From Flectonema sp. DT1601 (taxonomy: Eukaryota), in NCBI GenBank assembly GCA_964019425.1, contig OZ025785.1, positions 124,001-188,000 of the forward strand: 64,000 bases of DNA, in the 5' to 3' direction. Of the stretch, positions 53,176-64,000 are shown one piece after another (the stretch's first letter is position 1; each line of letters starts with the position of its first letter). Made by a program: the position numbers and the translations under genes. The notes beneath the pieces were generated by a model. It did no database searches and was not told the DNA's origin. It saw nothing but the letters and a program-made list of their open reading frames with translations.

Positions 53176-55418
53176 CCGTGTTCTCACTCGGGGTGGGTTT
53201 CAAATCAAAGTTAAAATATAAGTAATCACAATCCCCGAAAAGTTAACCCCTGGGGGGAAGACTGTTTGATTAGGTTCATACGAATATAAACGTCTATATT
53301 GTATCAGAGCTCAATAATAAAATTTAAAAAAAAAACTCATGACAGCCAGAGTGTAGGTTTCACCTATTTACTGTTTGCGCTTTGTCCTGTAATCAGTTTT
53401 CAAAAAAGAAAAATAAAAGCAACTTTAATAATGTAAAAAAAAACAGTAACAACTATTAGGTATTAATACAAAAATTAATATCTGAGTATTCAATAAAAGA
53501 TACTGGGAAGAAGAGGGGATAGGGGGGTGAAACTTTTTTTTTTGACAATGTAAAAAAAAAATAGTACAACATTTTTAGGTTATTAAAAAAACAAAATTAA
53601 TATCAAAAAAAAAAAAGTACTACATATTACCATTGACAGAGGAGGGGGGAAAAAAGAAGAGACTCTTCTTCTTTTTTCGATACGACACGTAAGCGCCTTC
53701 AGACTCAGATGAATCAAGGACTTTTAATTAAAAAAGCACTAATAGAATTGTAGTGGGGGGGAAACTGGGACGTGTGTGTGTGGAAAAAAAAAATTTTTTT
53801 TAAATAGCTCTGGTAGATTATTCTCACAGTAGACTTTAGTGTTTTTTTAGTTCATTGTTAGAAAGGGAAAGGAACAAGACAAGTGATACGAATCGCAAGC
53901 AGTTTACAACTAAACCGAAACAGTGAAGGTATCTCTTCTTCTTCTTTTTTTTTATTTTTTTTAAATTCCTCCCTTTCTTGAAGAAGAACAAGAAATATGA
54001 AAATGAGGAATCTTGTGTCCTCGTGGTGTGTGTTTTTTTTTTTTTTTTTTTTTTTTTTCTTCTCACAAACAAAACAATATAAGAGGAACCTTGTGTCCTC
54101 GGTAATTCCATTTTTCAAAGCCACTTCTTTTGGTGAATAATTTACTTTTTTTTTTTTTTTTTTTTTTAATGACCCTTTAAATATATGTTCTTTCTACAGG
54201 TCAGAATAATACACTTCGCAGGTTGATTTTTTTTGTTTTCCCTCCTCCTTTTAAACTCCCGGAGGAACCCTGTGTTAAAGTGATAAATAGCCCACAGCGT
54301 GAGTAGCGATGGATGAAAAGAATTCGTCTGGTGAAATTCATTCTCGTCTGTAATCAGAAACTAATGTACGTACGGGCAAGGCTTATCAATCACCTTCCAG
54401 AGCATCAGTCAGTTGACATGTAAAAAGGTTTTGATAAAACCCAGTGCGTGCTGTCGAAAGTGGGAATTCGAAGGCCACGTGCTACCAGGAGCATACAGCA
54501 GGACGAGTGGGTTAGAGCAACAAATAAATATGTCGGTGATTCAATAAGTTTTTTGATATAAAAAAACAAAAATAAAAAAGAAAATGATAAAAAATGGAAC
54601 ACGATAAAATAAAATAAATAATGAAACAGTGCAATGCACTAAACAATTAAAAAAAAAAAGAAATACTTTACTAAGGGAGAGAGAGAGAGATACACTGTAA
54701 GAAGAGGGAATACAAATCCCGAATGTATAGTAATTTTCAGACTTGCTCGGAAAAAAAGAGGGAAAAAGAAGAAAATACGGTTTAAAAAATATAAAACTTA
54801 AAAATTATTTTCAAGTAATTGTTTTGCTTGAACACTGTACCAATTTTGATGCTTAAAAAAATTAAATTAGAAATAAGGAAAAAGGGGGAAAATAAATGGC
54901 ATTTCGATGCCTATATTTGATATCCTAGGCATTAGTATCACTTAACGCCGCCTACAAGACGAAAGAATATCAGTTCAGAATATCAACCTTAGCACTTGCT
55001 TAAGGTTGAGTTTTCTTTTTCTTTTTTTTTCTTTTTTTTTTCTTTCTATATCTTCTGAAAGGGGAGAGAAGGAAAACATGATGGGAAAACACCACACCAA
55101 AAAAAAAGGGGAAAAGAAAAAAAATTGCTTTAAAAAGGTACTTGTTTGAAATACTACTAGGGAGGAGGATTTTTTTTTTTTTTTTGTTCTTGTAGGTGAA
55201 ATTTGCTGCATCGGAACTACAGTCCGCCAGCTTTTGACTGAAGCAGAGATACGATCGATTTGATTTTTGATATAACTACTACAAAAAAAAAAAAAAAAAA
55301 AAACAACACTGGAGAGTAAATTCATACTTTCCTTACTTTGTCGTCAGTGAATTTGATGCAGTAAAACAGTATAACAAGTCCTTTAATTTGAGACAGAGTT
55401 GAGGGTGAAAAAAAAAAC

Positions 55419-55565
55419 CCCCCATTCAGATAAGCCTTTTATATTTTTATTGCATCACAGACAGTAATACTGACTGGCGACACACGGAAAAATAGATAAC
55501 ATTTTGACCGTATAAACGGCTCTTAATCTGAAATGGTTTTTTCTTTCTCCGACTTTCGTCTGTGC
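55419..55565 (+). repeat. Structured repeat family A, full-length copy
   Basis: Matches 27439-27585 apart from about one substitution; followed by a long poly-A. Confidence 0.9.
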
Positions 55566-55922
55566 AAAAAAAAAAAAAAAAAAAAAAAAAATCCGTAAAT
55601 TTTGACATTAGTTAACGATTCTTTACTTCTATTCACCAGCAATGATGTAGAAGTAAGTCAGTAAACTAATGAATTGCATTTGATGAATTAAGCTCTATCA
55701 GAGCCTTTTAATTTGAGACAGAGTGGAGGGTGAAAAGAGAAAGAAAAAAAATAAAACAACAACAACCCCCCCACCTTCTCAGGCAGACAGGTGGAAAACG
55801 AAAAAAAAAATTTTTTTTAAAAAAAAAGAGAAACTAATTATCTGAAAGGTTGTTTTACTAACTACAGACGAATCATTATTTCACTTTTTTATCAAGTGAG
55901 TATTGATTGTTTGCTTAAATTC

Positions 55923-55955
<33 letters not shown>

Positions 55956-56619
55956 AGTTGAATAAAACAGACATTAAACTTGGTATTGGGATAGTGAAAT
56001 GAATTGTGAGATTTCTTTTTTTTTTTTTTTTTTCTGACGCGTACAAACAAAAAAAAAATGTATTTGGTACTAATAGCTATTTTGATTTAATCGCCAATAC
56101 CGTCGACCCGATACTGAAGGAAGGACTGGGAAGGTAACTTGATACTGTAACTAAAACATAAAGCAACTTGAAAACTGTGTTGCCATGTTTAAAAAAAAAA
56201 AAGACCAACAGATTGAAAGGAAATAAACTGAATCCCCGTAGCTGTTGTGAAGATTCCTATTATTTGATAATTGAGCATAAGATAAAAAAGGAAATCACCT
56301 CCTCCCACCCTCATTTATATATTTTTTTTTTAAAAAAAAAAATTCATCATAGCTCTCTGAAATAAACAGCGTGTCACGTAATCAATGGGTAAAGCAAATC
56401 TCAAATTACGTGGTACCTGTAATTCAGACAAGTTATTTATGACATCATCTTAAAAGACTTACTTGTACAAAAGAGCATTATTATTATTTATTTTATTTTT
56501 TTTAAAAAAAAAAAGGACACGCAAGCACAAAAAATTGACAAATCTGTTCTGAGCAGCTATCTGCAAAATTCCGAAAAATAGTCTGATTCAGTCTTCAGGA
56601 AAACACCCCCGATTCAAAC

Positions 56620-56650
<31 letters not shown>

Positions 56651-58369
56651 CTTAATTGACTCCACTTTTTGAATACATTTAAGCCTTCTCCATCCTGTAG
56701 CTATGGAAGACCTAAGAAAAACTGTTGGTTATCAGTTTTTTTTTTTTTTTTTTTTTTGCATTTTAACAAGATATTGTAAGAACGAAAAAAAAGAATGTTT
56801 GGCAGCACACACGTAAACCTCCTTTAGCTTTATCAGTTTAAGTCAGTTCACGGGGGTTTCGCGATGCAAACAAAAAAAATCACAGTTGTTATATTACTAT
56901 TTTCTGTATAGTTTTAAGATAAAGCCAATTCTTTTTATTTTTTTTTTATTTTTTGAGACCGGTGTTCTGAAGATGCAATATATACAGCCTAAATAAAGAG
57001 AAAAAAAACCTTAGGCGACTACATTTAGATTTCTTTTTGTTTTGTTTTGTTTTTTACTTATCCCTTCTCTCAAAAGAAATCAAAAGTTTCTTTTTTATAC
57101 GCAAGTGTATTTTTTTTTTTTTTTTTTTTTCTTGGCATGTCTGGGAGCTGACACTCAAAAAGGTTAGTGTAACACAACTACAGACAGTTTTATAAGGATA
57201 AAAAAAAAAAGAAAAACTGAAATACAAAAAATAAATAAATAAATGAATTTAAAAAAGAAAAATCATACGTTATAGAGCCTTAGATCATTTTGCCGCCAAC
57301 AATCCCCGAGAGGAGTCGACAAATGGGTGAAAGATTTTACTTGCTTTTTTTTTTTTTTCCCGAAGTCGGCCTTTGTCTGTGAGTCAAACACTACAGACAA
57401 CCGTCTTTCGTTTGCTGACTTTTTTTTTTTTTTTTTTTTTTTTGGAAAAAATACAAAAATTATATAGAATGAACAAAAAAGAAAAAAAGAGGGACAACAT
57501 AAAAACCAACTACACATTTGAGATGTGGTAGTCTCGACTATGGTGTGGTATTCACACCGCATCGATCCTCCCTCTATTTCTTGTCACTTTTAAAAAAATA
57601 AAATAACAGTAACAATAACAATCGAATTTCTTTTTTTTTTTTTTTTTTTTTTGTCTGAGAAGCAGATATACCATGCGAAAGTATAGTTATTTTGTTACCC
57701 CTGCTGCAGACAAGTATCAAGCAAGAAGAAGAAAAAAAAAGTTTAATTAAATTAAATTAGTAATGCACGAATCAACGAATACGCAGAGATTCCTTTTGTT
57801 CTGGGCTGCGTTCAAAAGAGAAAAATACAAAAAAAAATAATAAAATAAGATCACTTAATAAACGTGGATGATTGATGATGATGATGATGGTGAAGACCGT
57901 AATTGTCAACCCTCTCTAATCACGTCAAGGTCAACAACCGTTTTTTTTTTTATTACACTCCGTCCAACAGGGAGTACCCGAAAAGAGAGTCGAAACTCAT
58001 CAAAGACGAAGTTTGGTTGTTTTTTTTGTTTTATTCACCTCCACGCACACATTACCTCGTTTTTCTTTTTTTCTTTTTTTTTTTTTTTTTTGGGAGAGAA
58101 GGGAATTTTTTTTTTTTTTTTTGTTGTGGGGATTGAGGATGCATCAGTGAAAAAAAAAAAAAAAGAAAAAAAATGAATAAATAAATAAAAAATATAATAA
58201 GAACGAAATAAAAAATAAAATAAAAATACTTACTTACTTACTTACTACTTGGTAACTTAGAGCCAATTTTAAAATTAGCTATTTTATTATTTTATTAAGT
58301 TACCTTGGATAGGTCGGAGAGATTTAAGGGAATTTTCTTTGATGAAGAACCAGGAGGGGGAAAAAAAAT

Positions 58370-58495
58370 CATTCAGATTTGCCTTATTTCGTTGAACGCA
58401 AGACAGAATTCTGTCTTACGGGGGAAAATAAATCATGACCGAAAGAAATAATACCTTCAATCTGAATAGTTTCTTCTTTCCGACGACGTCGGTAC
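58370..58495 (+). repeat. Structured repeat family A, diverged copy
   Basis: cattcagatttgccttatt...aagacagaattctgtctt...aatctgaatagtttc...ccgacgacgtcggtac + poly-A. Confidence 0.8.
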
Positions 58496-58621
58496 AAAAA
58501 AAAAAAAAAAGTAGAAAAAAAAGATTAACTTACTAGCGGTTTTTTTTTTTTTTTTTTTCTTGTTCAAAAGAAAGGGGAGAATGCACAGCAATGGTGAAAT
58601 CACGGTAATCTGTAAAGCCTT

Positions 58622-58652
<31 letters not shown>

Positions 58653-60265
58653 GAAAAAAAAAAAAAATATAGGCTCTTTACGATCATAAAACACGAAAGG
58701 GAACGGAGACTCGTTAAATGCTACACTCCCTTAACTATGGAGTGTTATAAAAGTAAAACAAAAAGAAGAGAGGGGTTGCTTATTTTTATTTTATTTTATT
58801 TTATTTTTTGGGGGGGAGGTCCCCCTCCCCTTCTCCGTGACATTATTTTATATCTTTTTTGTATAATAGGAAAGTGCTGTTCAAGAGCGTGGAAGGTTCT
58901 CCATAGGATCTCGAGCCAGCGAATAAAAATCATTTATTTGCTTTTTTCCAAAAAAACAAAAAAAGAATTTCATAAAATAACAAAACAAGAGAGTGAGAGT
59001 GAGAGGGATATTCATTTTAATGTTCAAGTCACACAGCCTTAAAATAAATAGTTAAGCCGGGCAAGCAACAACGTACCAACTTCAGGCTGTTTTTTTTTTT
59101 TTTTTTGACATTTTCCTTTTTTTTAAAAAAATAAAAAAAGATTGAAAAGGCTCATTCAGGCATTTCCAGATTGTTGGATAATCTGAAAATTGTGATAATT
59201 TAAATACTTTTAGATTCCTGTTGTTCTTAGCAGTTCATAATTGGACATTTTCACTGCGACAGAAAAACGACATGCGGATTGACATCATTTTTCTACACAT
59301 GGGTGATGAGTGAGTGAAATCTATTGTTGTTATTTATTTTTTTTATTTTATTTTTTCCATGCTCTTTCTCTACAATACAGTTAAGAATTGAAAAGACTTT
59401 TTTTTTTTTTTTTTTTAATGTGTGCGCATGGCTATACGTTTGTAAACGTTATGACACACTACTAGCGGTGTATGTTTTGTTAGGAAATTATGAAGGCTAG
59501 AAATAATCACGTTGAGCCGATCTAACCTTTGATAAAAAAAGGAGCAGATTATTTGAGTGCGTGAATACAAAAATAAGAACAATCGACCTAAATAGACGTA
59601 GGAGGTTTTTACGTGTGCTGTTCTATTCTTTTTTTTTTTTTTTTAATAGCTCTAACAATAATTTGATTTGACGTGTTTTTCACACCAGTTTGGGAGTTGT
59701 GAAAGTTAGAAACCATCACATTGCGACTTTCAATATAAAAGAATAACGTTCGATGCGTGAATAATAATAAGGTTTTTGGCTCTACTCTGTATACGGTGAT
59801 TTTGTTCCGTTTTTTTTTTTTTTTTTGTTTGTCGTACCGAAAAGTGTGCTTCTAAAAACATGTTCATTACTTCACGTTCAGTCTTCTTTTTTTTTTTTAA
59901 AAAAAAAAAAAGAGAAGAGAAGGGGGGAAAAAAAAAAAGAAAAAAAAACGTCAATTCCAACTGTCGTATTACAGCGAGGGAGCTAGAAAATTATTGCTTG
60001 GCATTACTTTTATTTATTTTATTATTATTTTTTTTTGTTGTTCTGATTTGCCTTGTTTATTTGGCTGATTGGCCAGTACGAAGCAAAATTCAAAACTCAC
60101 AAAAATAAAAAACCTATTTTTGACTTGCAATAAGAAAATGAAGGGAACACCTCAGGCAATGAACCTCTAATAAAAAAAAGAAAAAAAAAAGAAAGGGTGG
60201 GTGTGCGTCAATTCCTTAGTTCCTGCAATGACACTTCGAGTATGGGGTGAGGAGGGGAGATCAGT

Positions 60266-60297
<32 letters not shown>

Positions 60298-61973
60298 GCA
60301 CACCACCTTTGTACACAAAAAAAACAGGAAAATGGAATTAAGAAAATGGCCAGAAAAGAATTGTTTGTTTTATTTTATTTTTTCAACTACGTGTGATACA
60401 TGATCAAACAAAATTAAAAAAAAAAAAAAAAAAAAAAAATTTGGCCAACTTTCACTACTTACTTTTTGTTACTCAATACTTTTTGTTTTGCGTGTGCGCA
60501 ACCAGGTACAAAATCCTAACAAAGGAATAGGTTGGTTACGCTACCTACCGAACAGTAGGCTTGTACAAAAAAAAAAAAAAAAAAAAATTATTATGAGTAT
60601 TATTTTTTCCTTGAATTCCAAATTAAAAAAAAATAAAAAAATATGTGATACACCAAGAAGTCAGTTACTGGTTTTATCACGATGTTCAAAAAAAAAAAAA
60701 AAAAAAAAAAATGTTGTGTGCAGAGACATTTACTAACGTCTTATTGCGTACACTGACTGACTGAGGAGGAGTATTCGGGAAGGCTACTACCGACAAGGAT
60801 CGGCGATGAGGACGGGGGGAAAAAAAAAAAAGAAAAAAAATTGGTTTCTCACTTTTCAATGGGGGTCTATATTATTGTGGGTATCATTACGTAACGTCAC
60901 CCACACAGATTTTGGAAGAAAAAAAAAAACAAAAAAAAAAAAAAAAAAAAAAGAGAAAAGATTTCTTTTTTTTTTTTTTTTTTTTTTTCTTCTTCCAGGT
61001 TTATATCTATTTTGCTAAAAGACCTACATGAGGTGAATTGCTTTTTTTTTTTTTTTTTTTTTTTTTTTTTCTCGATTTCTTTTTTCAAATTTCATATCAT
61101 CTATTTTTTTTACCATGGACTCACCCATTAAAAAAGGTGTCCGTGTGAGCATGCAGTGTATTGACATTGAGTAACGTTATACACCTCAGATTGGAAAAAA
61201 AAAAAAGATTTTTTTTTTTACGTCTCCATCTGTATCTATTTATTTTTTTTTTATTAGAACTCTCTTACACATCTTCTGTGTAAGCCTTAAATACATCAAC
61301 ATTTCATTTTCCTTTATTTTTAATTTTTTTTTTTTTTCTTTTTTTGCTAAGACTCACCAAACGAGCGGAGAACACGGCAAAATAAAATAAAATTTAACTT
61401 TTTTTTTCGTCTGTCTCCCTTCTCGTGTCGGTTTTTTTTTGTGCCTTGCAAATATGAAGTACTTTTTTCTAAGCAGTTTTAAAAAGTAAAATTAAATTCG
61501 GGAGTCATCCTTTCAAGTGTTGGGAGGAAGTGAGAAAAAGAGGAAAGAAAAAAGGGAAGAAAAAAAAATACTCCATAACTAACAAATTCGGGGGTTGAAT
61601 GTTTAATATAACTGTGAAACAGGTCTTTCCAACAACGGAAAATATTTTTAAAAAGGGGGAAAAAAAAAAAGGAAAAAAAAAGATACAGTGACTGTGGTAT
61701 GATTTACTTATAAAAGTAACAACTAAAATAACGAACGAATACAGAGAAAAAAAATAAAAAAATAAAAATTCGGGATTGGGATTTTGGGCGTCAGAGTTTT
61801 CTTTCTTCTTCATTTTTTTTTCTTTTTTTTTTTTTTTCGCAACAATATTTTATTATACACAGAAAAGAAATATTCACGCAAGGGGGGTCAATAATCACTA
61901 TAACACTTTTGACTGTAATCAACGAAAGGAACTACGAAACAATATAAAATAAAAAAAACGTAATTAGTAAAAA

Positions 61974-62792
61974 TCAGCACAAAGCAGAAAGCTCCAACAA
62001 CTCTTTCACGTTATCACGTGTAGTCAGCTGAGAGAGTTCAGTGATGGTAGCTAGACCAGAAATTGTTTCACTAAAAACAGATTGCGAGGATCCGTGACAT
62101 AATTCCGCTGCGTGCAACTTACGTAAAACATCATAGCACTTCTCTGGAGATGGAACAACATGATGTGGAAGGATATGCTCCATTTGCACAAAAACATAAC
62201 CTCCTTCGGTCCAATAATTATGATAACGAACACAGCCAGGATGCTGAGCAGAGAAATTAATCGCTTCTGAGACGGAGGTCGTTGAGGTTTGAGTTACTTT
62301 GATTGTGTAGATGGCACCGTCAGTCTTACTGGTAGCAGAAACCCAAGTAGAATTATTAGCCTGCCATATCTGACATTGACTGCTAGTGTTGAAATCACGA
62401 GTCAGACGAGTGTGTTGAAGGAACAACGGAACAGGATCGTTCGACACGAAAGGCTTCGACGACATGAACGGGTTTCCGTGATTGCTCGAGAGATAGTTGT
62501 CAGCACACATTCCGTTTGAGAATTGACTTCTCGCTGAAAACAACGATTCAGAATCACATCCAACACCGGCACTAATCTGTCTCAACGGCGTAGTACATAT
62601 CAAAGGTAATTGTCTGATCATCGAAACAGGTTCAGGAGTCATTAATAATTGCTTTACAGGTGTCGCTGGAGCTGTGAACATGTCATCAATAAAACCTTCA
62701 CCCATGACTTGTCCTACGGGAGTTGATGGAGATTCCTCAACACAATAATTACCTTCCTCTTCGAAGGCTGGTACTTCAATTCTGAGACACAT
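61974..62792 (-). CDS. Wee1/Myt1-like kinase-derived protein, truncated and probably catalytically dead
   Basis: S/T-P-rich N-terminus; DGAIYTIK and HPGCVRYHNYWTEGGYVFVQMEH resemble Wee1 subdomains II-V; LHAAELCHG then degenerates, with no catalytic Asp, DFG or C-lobe. Confidence 0.6.
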   Translation of the reverse strand: MCLRIEVPAFEEEGNYCVEESPSTPVGQVMGEGFIDDMFTAPATPVKQLLMTPEPVSMIRQLPLICTTPLRQISAGVGCDSESLFSARSQFSNGMCADNYLSSNHGNPFMSSKPFVSNDPVPLFLQHTRLTRDFNTSSQCQIWQANNSTWVSATSKTDGAIYTIKVTQTSTTSVSEAINFSAQHPGCVRYHNYWTEGGYVFVQMEHILPHHVVPSPEKCYDVLRKLHAAELCHGSSQSVFSETISGLATITELSQLTTRDNVKELLELSALC

Positions 62793-62882
62793 GTCTTTTT
62801 TTTTTTTTTTGTTTTTTTTTTTTGTTTTTTTTCTTTGAAAAAAAAAAATTATTATAAACTAAACGATAATAACCGAACAACA

Positions 62883-62916
<34 letters not shown>

Positions 62917-63155
62917 GCATCTCCAATCGCGAAGTTCTTGTTTTTCTAATTTTGTTTTTTTCCCGATGAGAGATGATTATTTGTAAATTTGTATCAAATT
63001 AAACATAGAAAAGATCAATAATGGTGTAGAAGTACGTCAGTCAATCCATTAAAGCTCAGCATCTGAATACCTGGTTGGGGGATGAGAGGTGATATAAAAA
63101 AAAATAAATAAATAAAAAATGTATTTTTTTTTTTTCGCAAGACTGGCGAAAATTA

Positions 63156-64000
63156 TTACAAAGCTTCCAACATCGGTCTTTCAAGTCCTCCGAGCTCACG
63201 AGTCTGTCGTTTGTTTCTTCGAGAGATGTTTTCGGCTTTCTTTGGTCTGAGAAATTCAACTTTGAGAGGTTTCTTTGATCTGAAAGGGTTCTTCCCATTA
63301 AACATCTGTTGAGCTCGATAAGATGAAACTCCGTCACTCATCTCAATGTGACAGGTGTCTGATTTTATCAACAGTTCTGGTTTACCGAAATCTCTTACAT
63401 AAATAACTTTACCAGCCTTACTAAATAACTCAAATAATTTTTGTTTTCTATCAGTGATAAACGGAACATCTCTGACAATCAGATTTCGTAAGCTAGCAAC
63501 CGATAGACGTTCCTCCGCAATGCTCTCAGGTGGAAATTGAGTCGTGGAAATCGATTCTAAGTCGCCTTCGACACAAACATGTTCAGAAATTACTTTGCAA
63601 ATTCTCAAATACGTTTCTTCATTAATTTCATCTTTTGATGATCCTCCTCCAGTCCATGCTTCCAGTACTTCTGATATCTTATTTCGTAATGAAGAATTAT
63701 CTGAATACCCCCGTCTAGCTATTACACCAAACGATCTTTTCTGAACTCGCAATGGATTTGAATTCCTTTTTAACGATTTCGATGCTTTAATCTTCCCATC
63801 TCTATAATTGATCGACATCGCTAATAAGTTTGATGCTTCTTTTCGAATTGGCAACAATCGACTAGACGATTTCACTGATGAAAGACTTCTACACAAAGCA
63901 GCAATACAAACATGTGAATACTGAAACAGCAATCCAGTGTATTGGAGATGAAGGAATATTTTTGATGCAATGTTTGATTGGATAAGTGGGTCTTTTGGTG
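63156..64000 (-). CDS. RRM-containing protein, 5' end outside window
   Basis: Frame open from window edge (PKDPLIQSNIASK...); RNLIVRDVPF...LFELFSKAGKVIYVR...CHIEM...AQQMFNG...LKVEF fits an RRM fold. Confidence 0.75.
   Translation of the reverse strand, partial: PKDPLIQSNIASKIFLHLQYTGLLFQYSHVCIAALCRSLSSVKSSSRLLPIRKEASNLLAMSINYRDGKIKASKSLKRNSNPLRVQKRSFGVIARRGYSDNSSLRNKISEVLEAWTGGGSSKDEINEETYLRICKVISEHVCVEGDLESISTTQFPPESIAEERLSVASLRNLIVRDVPFITDRKQKLFELFSKAGKVIYVRDFGKPELLIKSDTCHIEMSDGVSSYRAQQMFNGKNPFRSKKPLKVEFLRPKKAENISRRNKRQTRELGGLERPMLEAL

Noticed and set aside
56795..56845. U6-like GGCAGCACA and U2-like TTATCAGTTTAA words in family E
   Set aside because: 9-12 nt matches without the surrounding snRNA sequence; likely chance.
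60200..60230. SSU rRNA-like cgtcaattcctt
   Set aside because: 12-nt match only; flanks do not continue as rRNA.
44486..61813. Dozens of short ORFs rich in F/K runs
   Set aside because: Translations of poly-A/poly-T tracts, with no domain signal.

Overview
Eukaryotic (protist) genomic DNA with very AT-rich, homopolymer-laden spacers. All credible protein genes (about 16) lie on the minus strand and are almost intron-free; together with an ISWI carrying an RRM-like insert this suggests a euglenozoan, possibly a diplonemid (inference). Left to right: a >1000-aa protein with a SecA-type SF2 ATPase motif that the ORF track misses because it runs off the window; a four-copy tandem array of BspA/TpLRR-type genes built from 150-bp modules with hypervariable codons (two intact, one frameshifted, one truncated); a PLP-dependent D-threonine-aldolase-like enzyme; GT64; a polyQ protein; two DnaJ paralogs; a coiled-coil/EF-hand-like protein; an ankyrin-FYVE gene with one GT-AG intron; a PG-rich-repeat protein; ISWI; a cytochrome-b5-like protein; an 18-kb gene-free patchwork; a Wee1-like kinase remnant; and a partial RRM gene. 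Non-coding DNA is a mosaic of at least five short dispersed repeat families, two LSU rRNA fragments and a 756-bp TIR element, often bracketed by 20-40 bp direct repeats. Best leads: the hypervariable modular LRR array next to the SecA-like giant protein, and a ~130-nt repeat with conserved hairpin architecture, single orientation and presence in both introns found.
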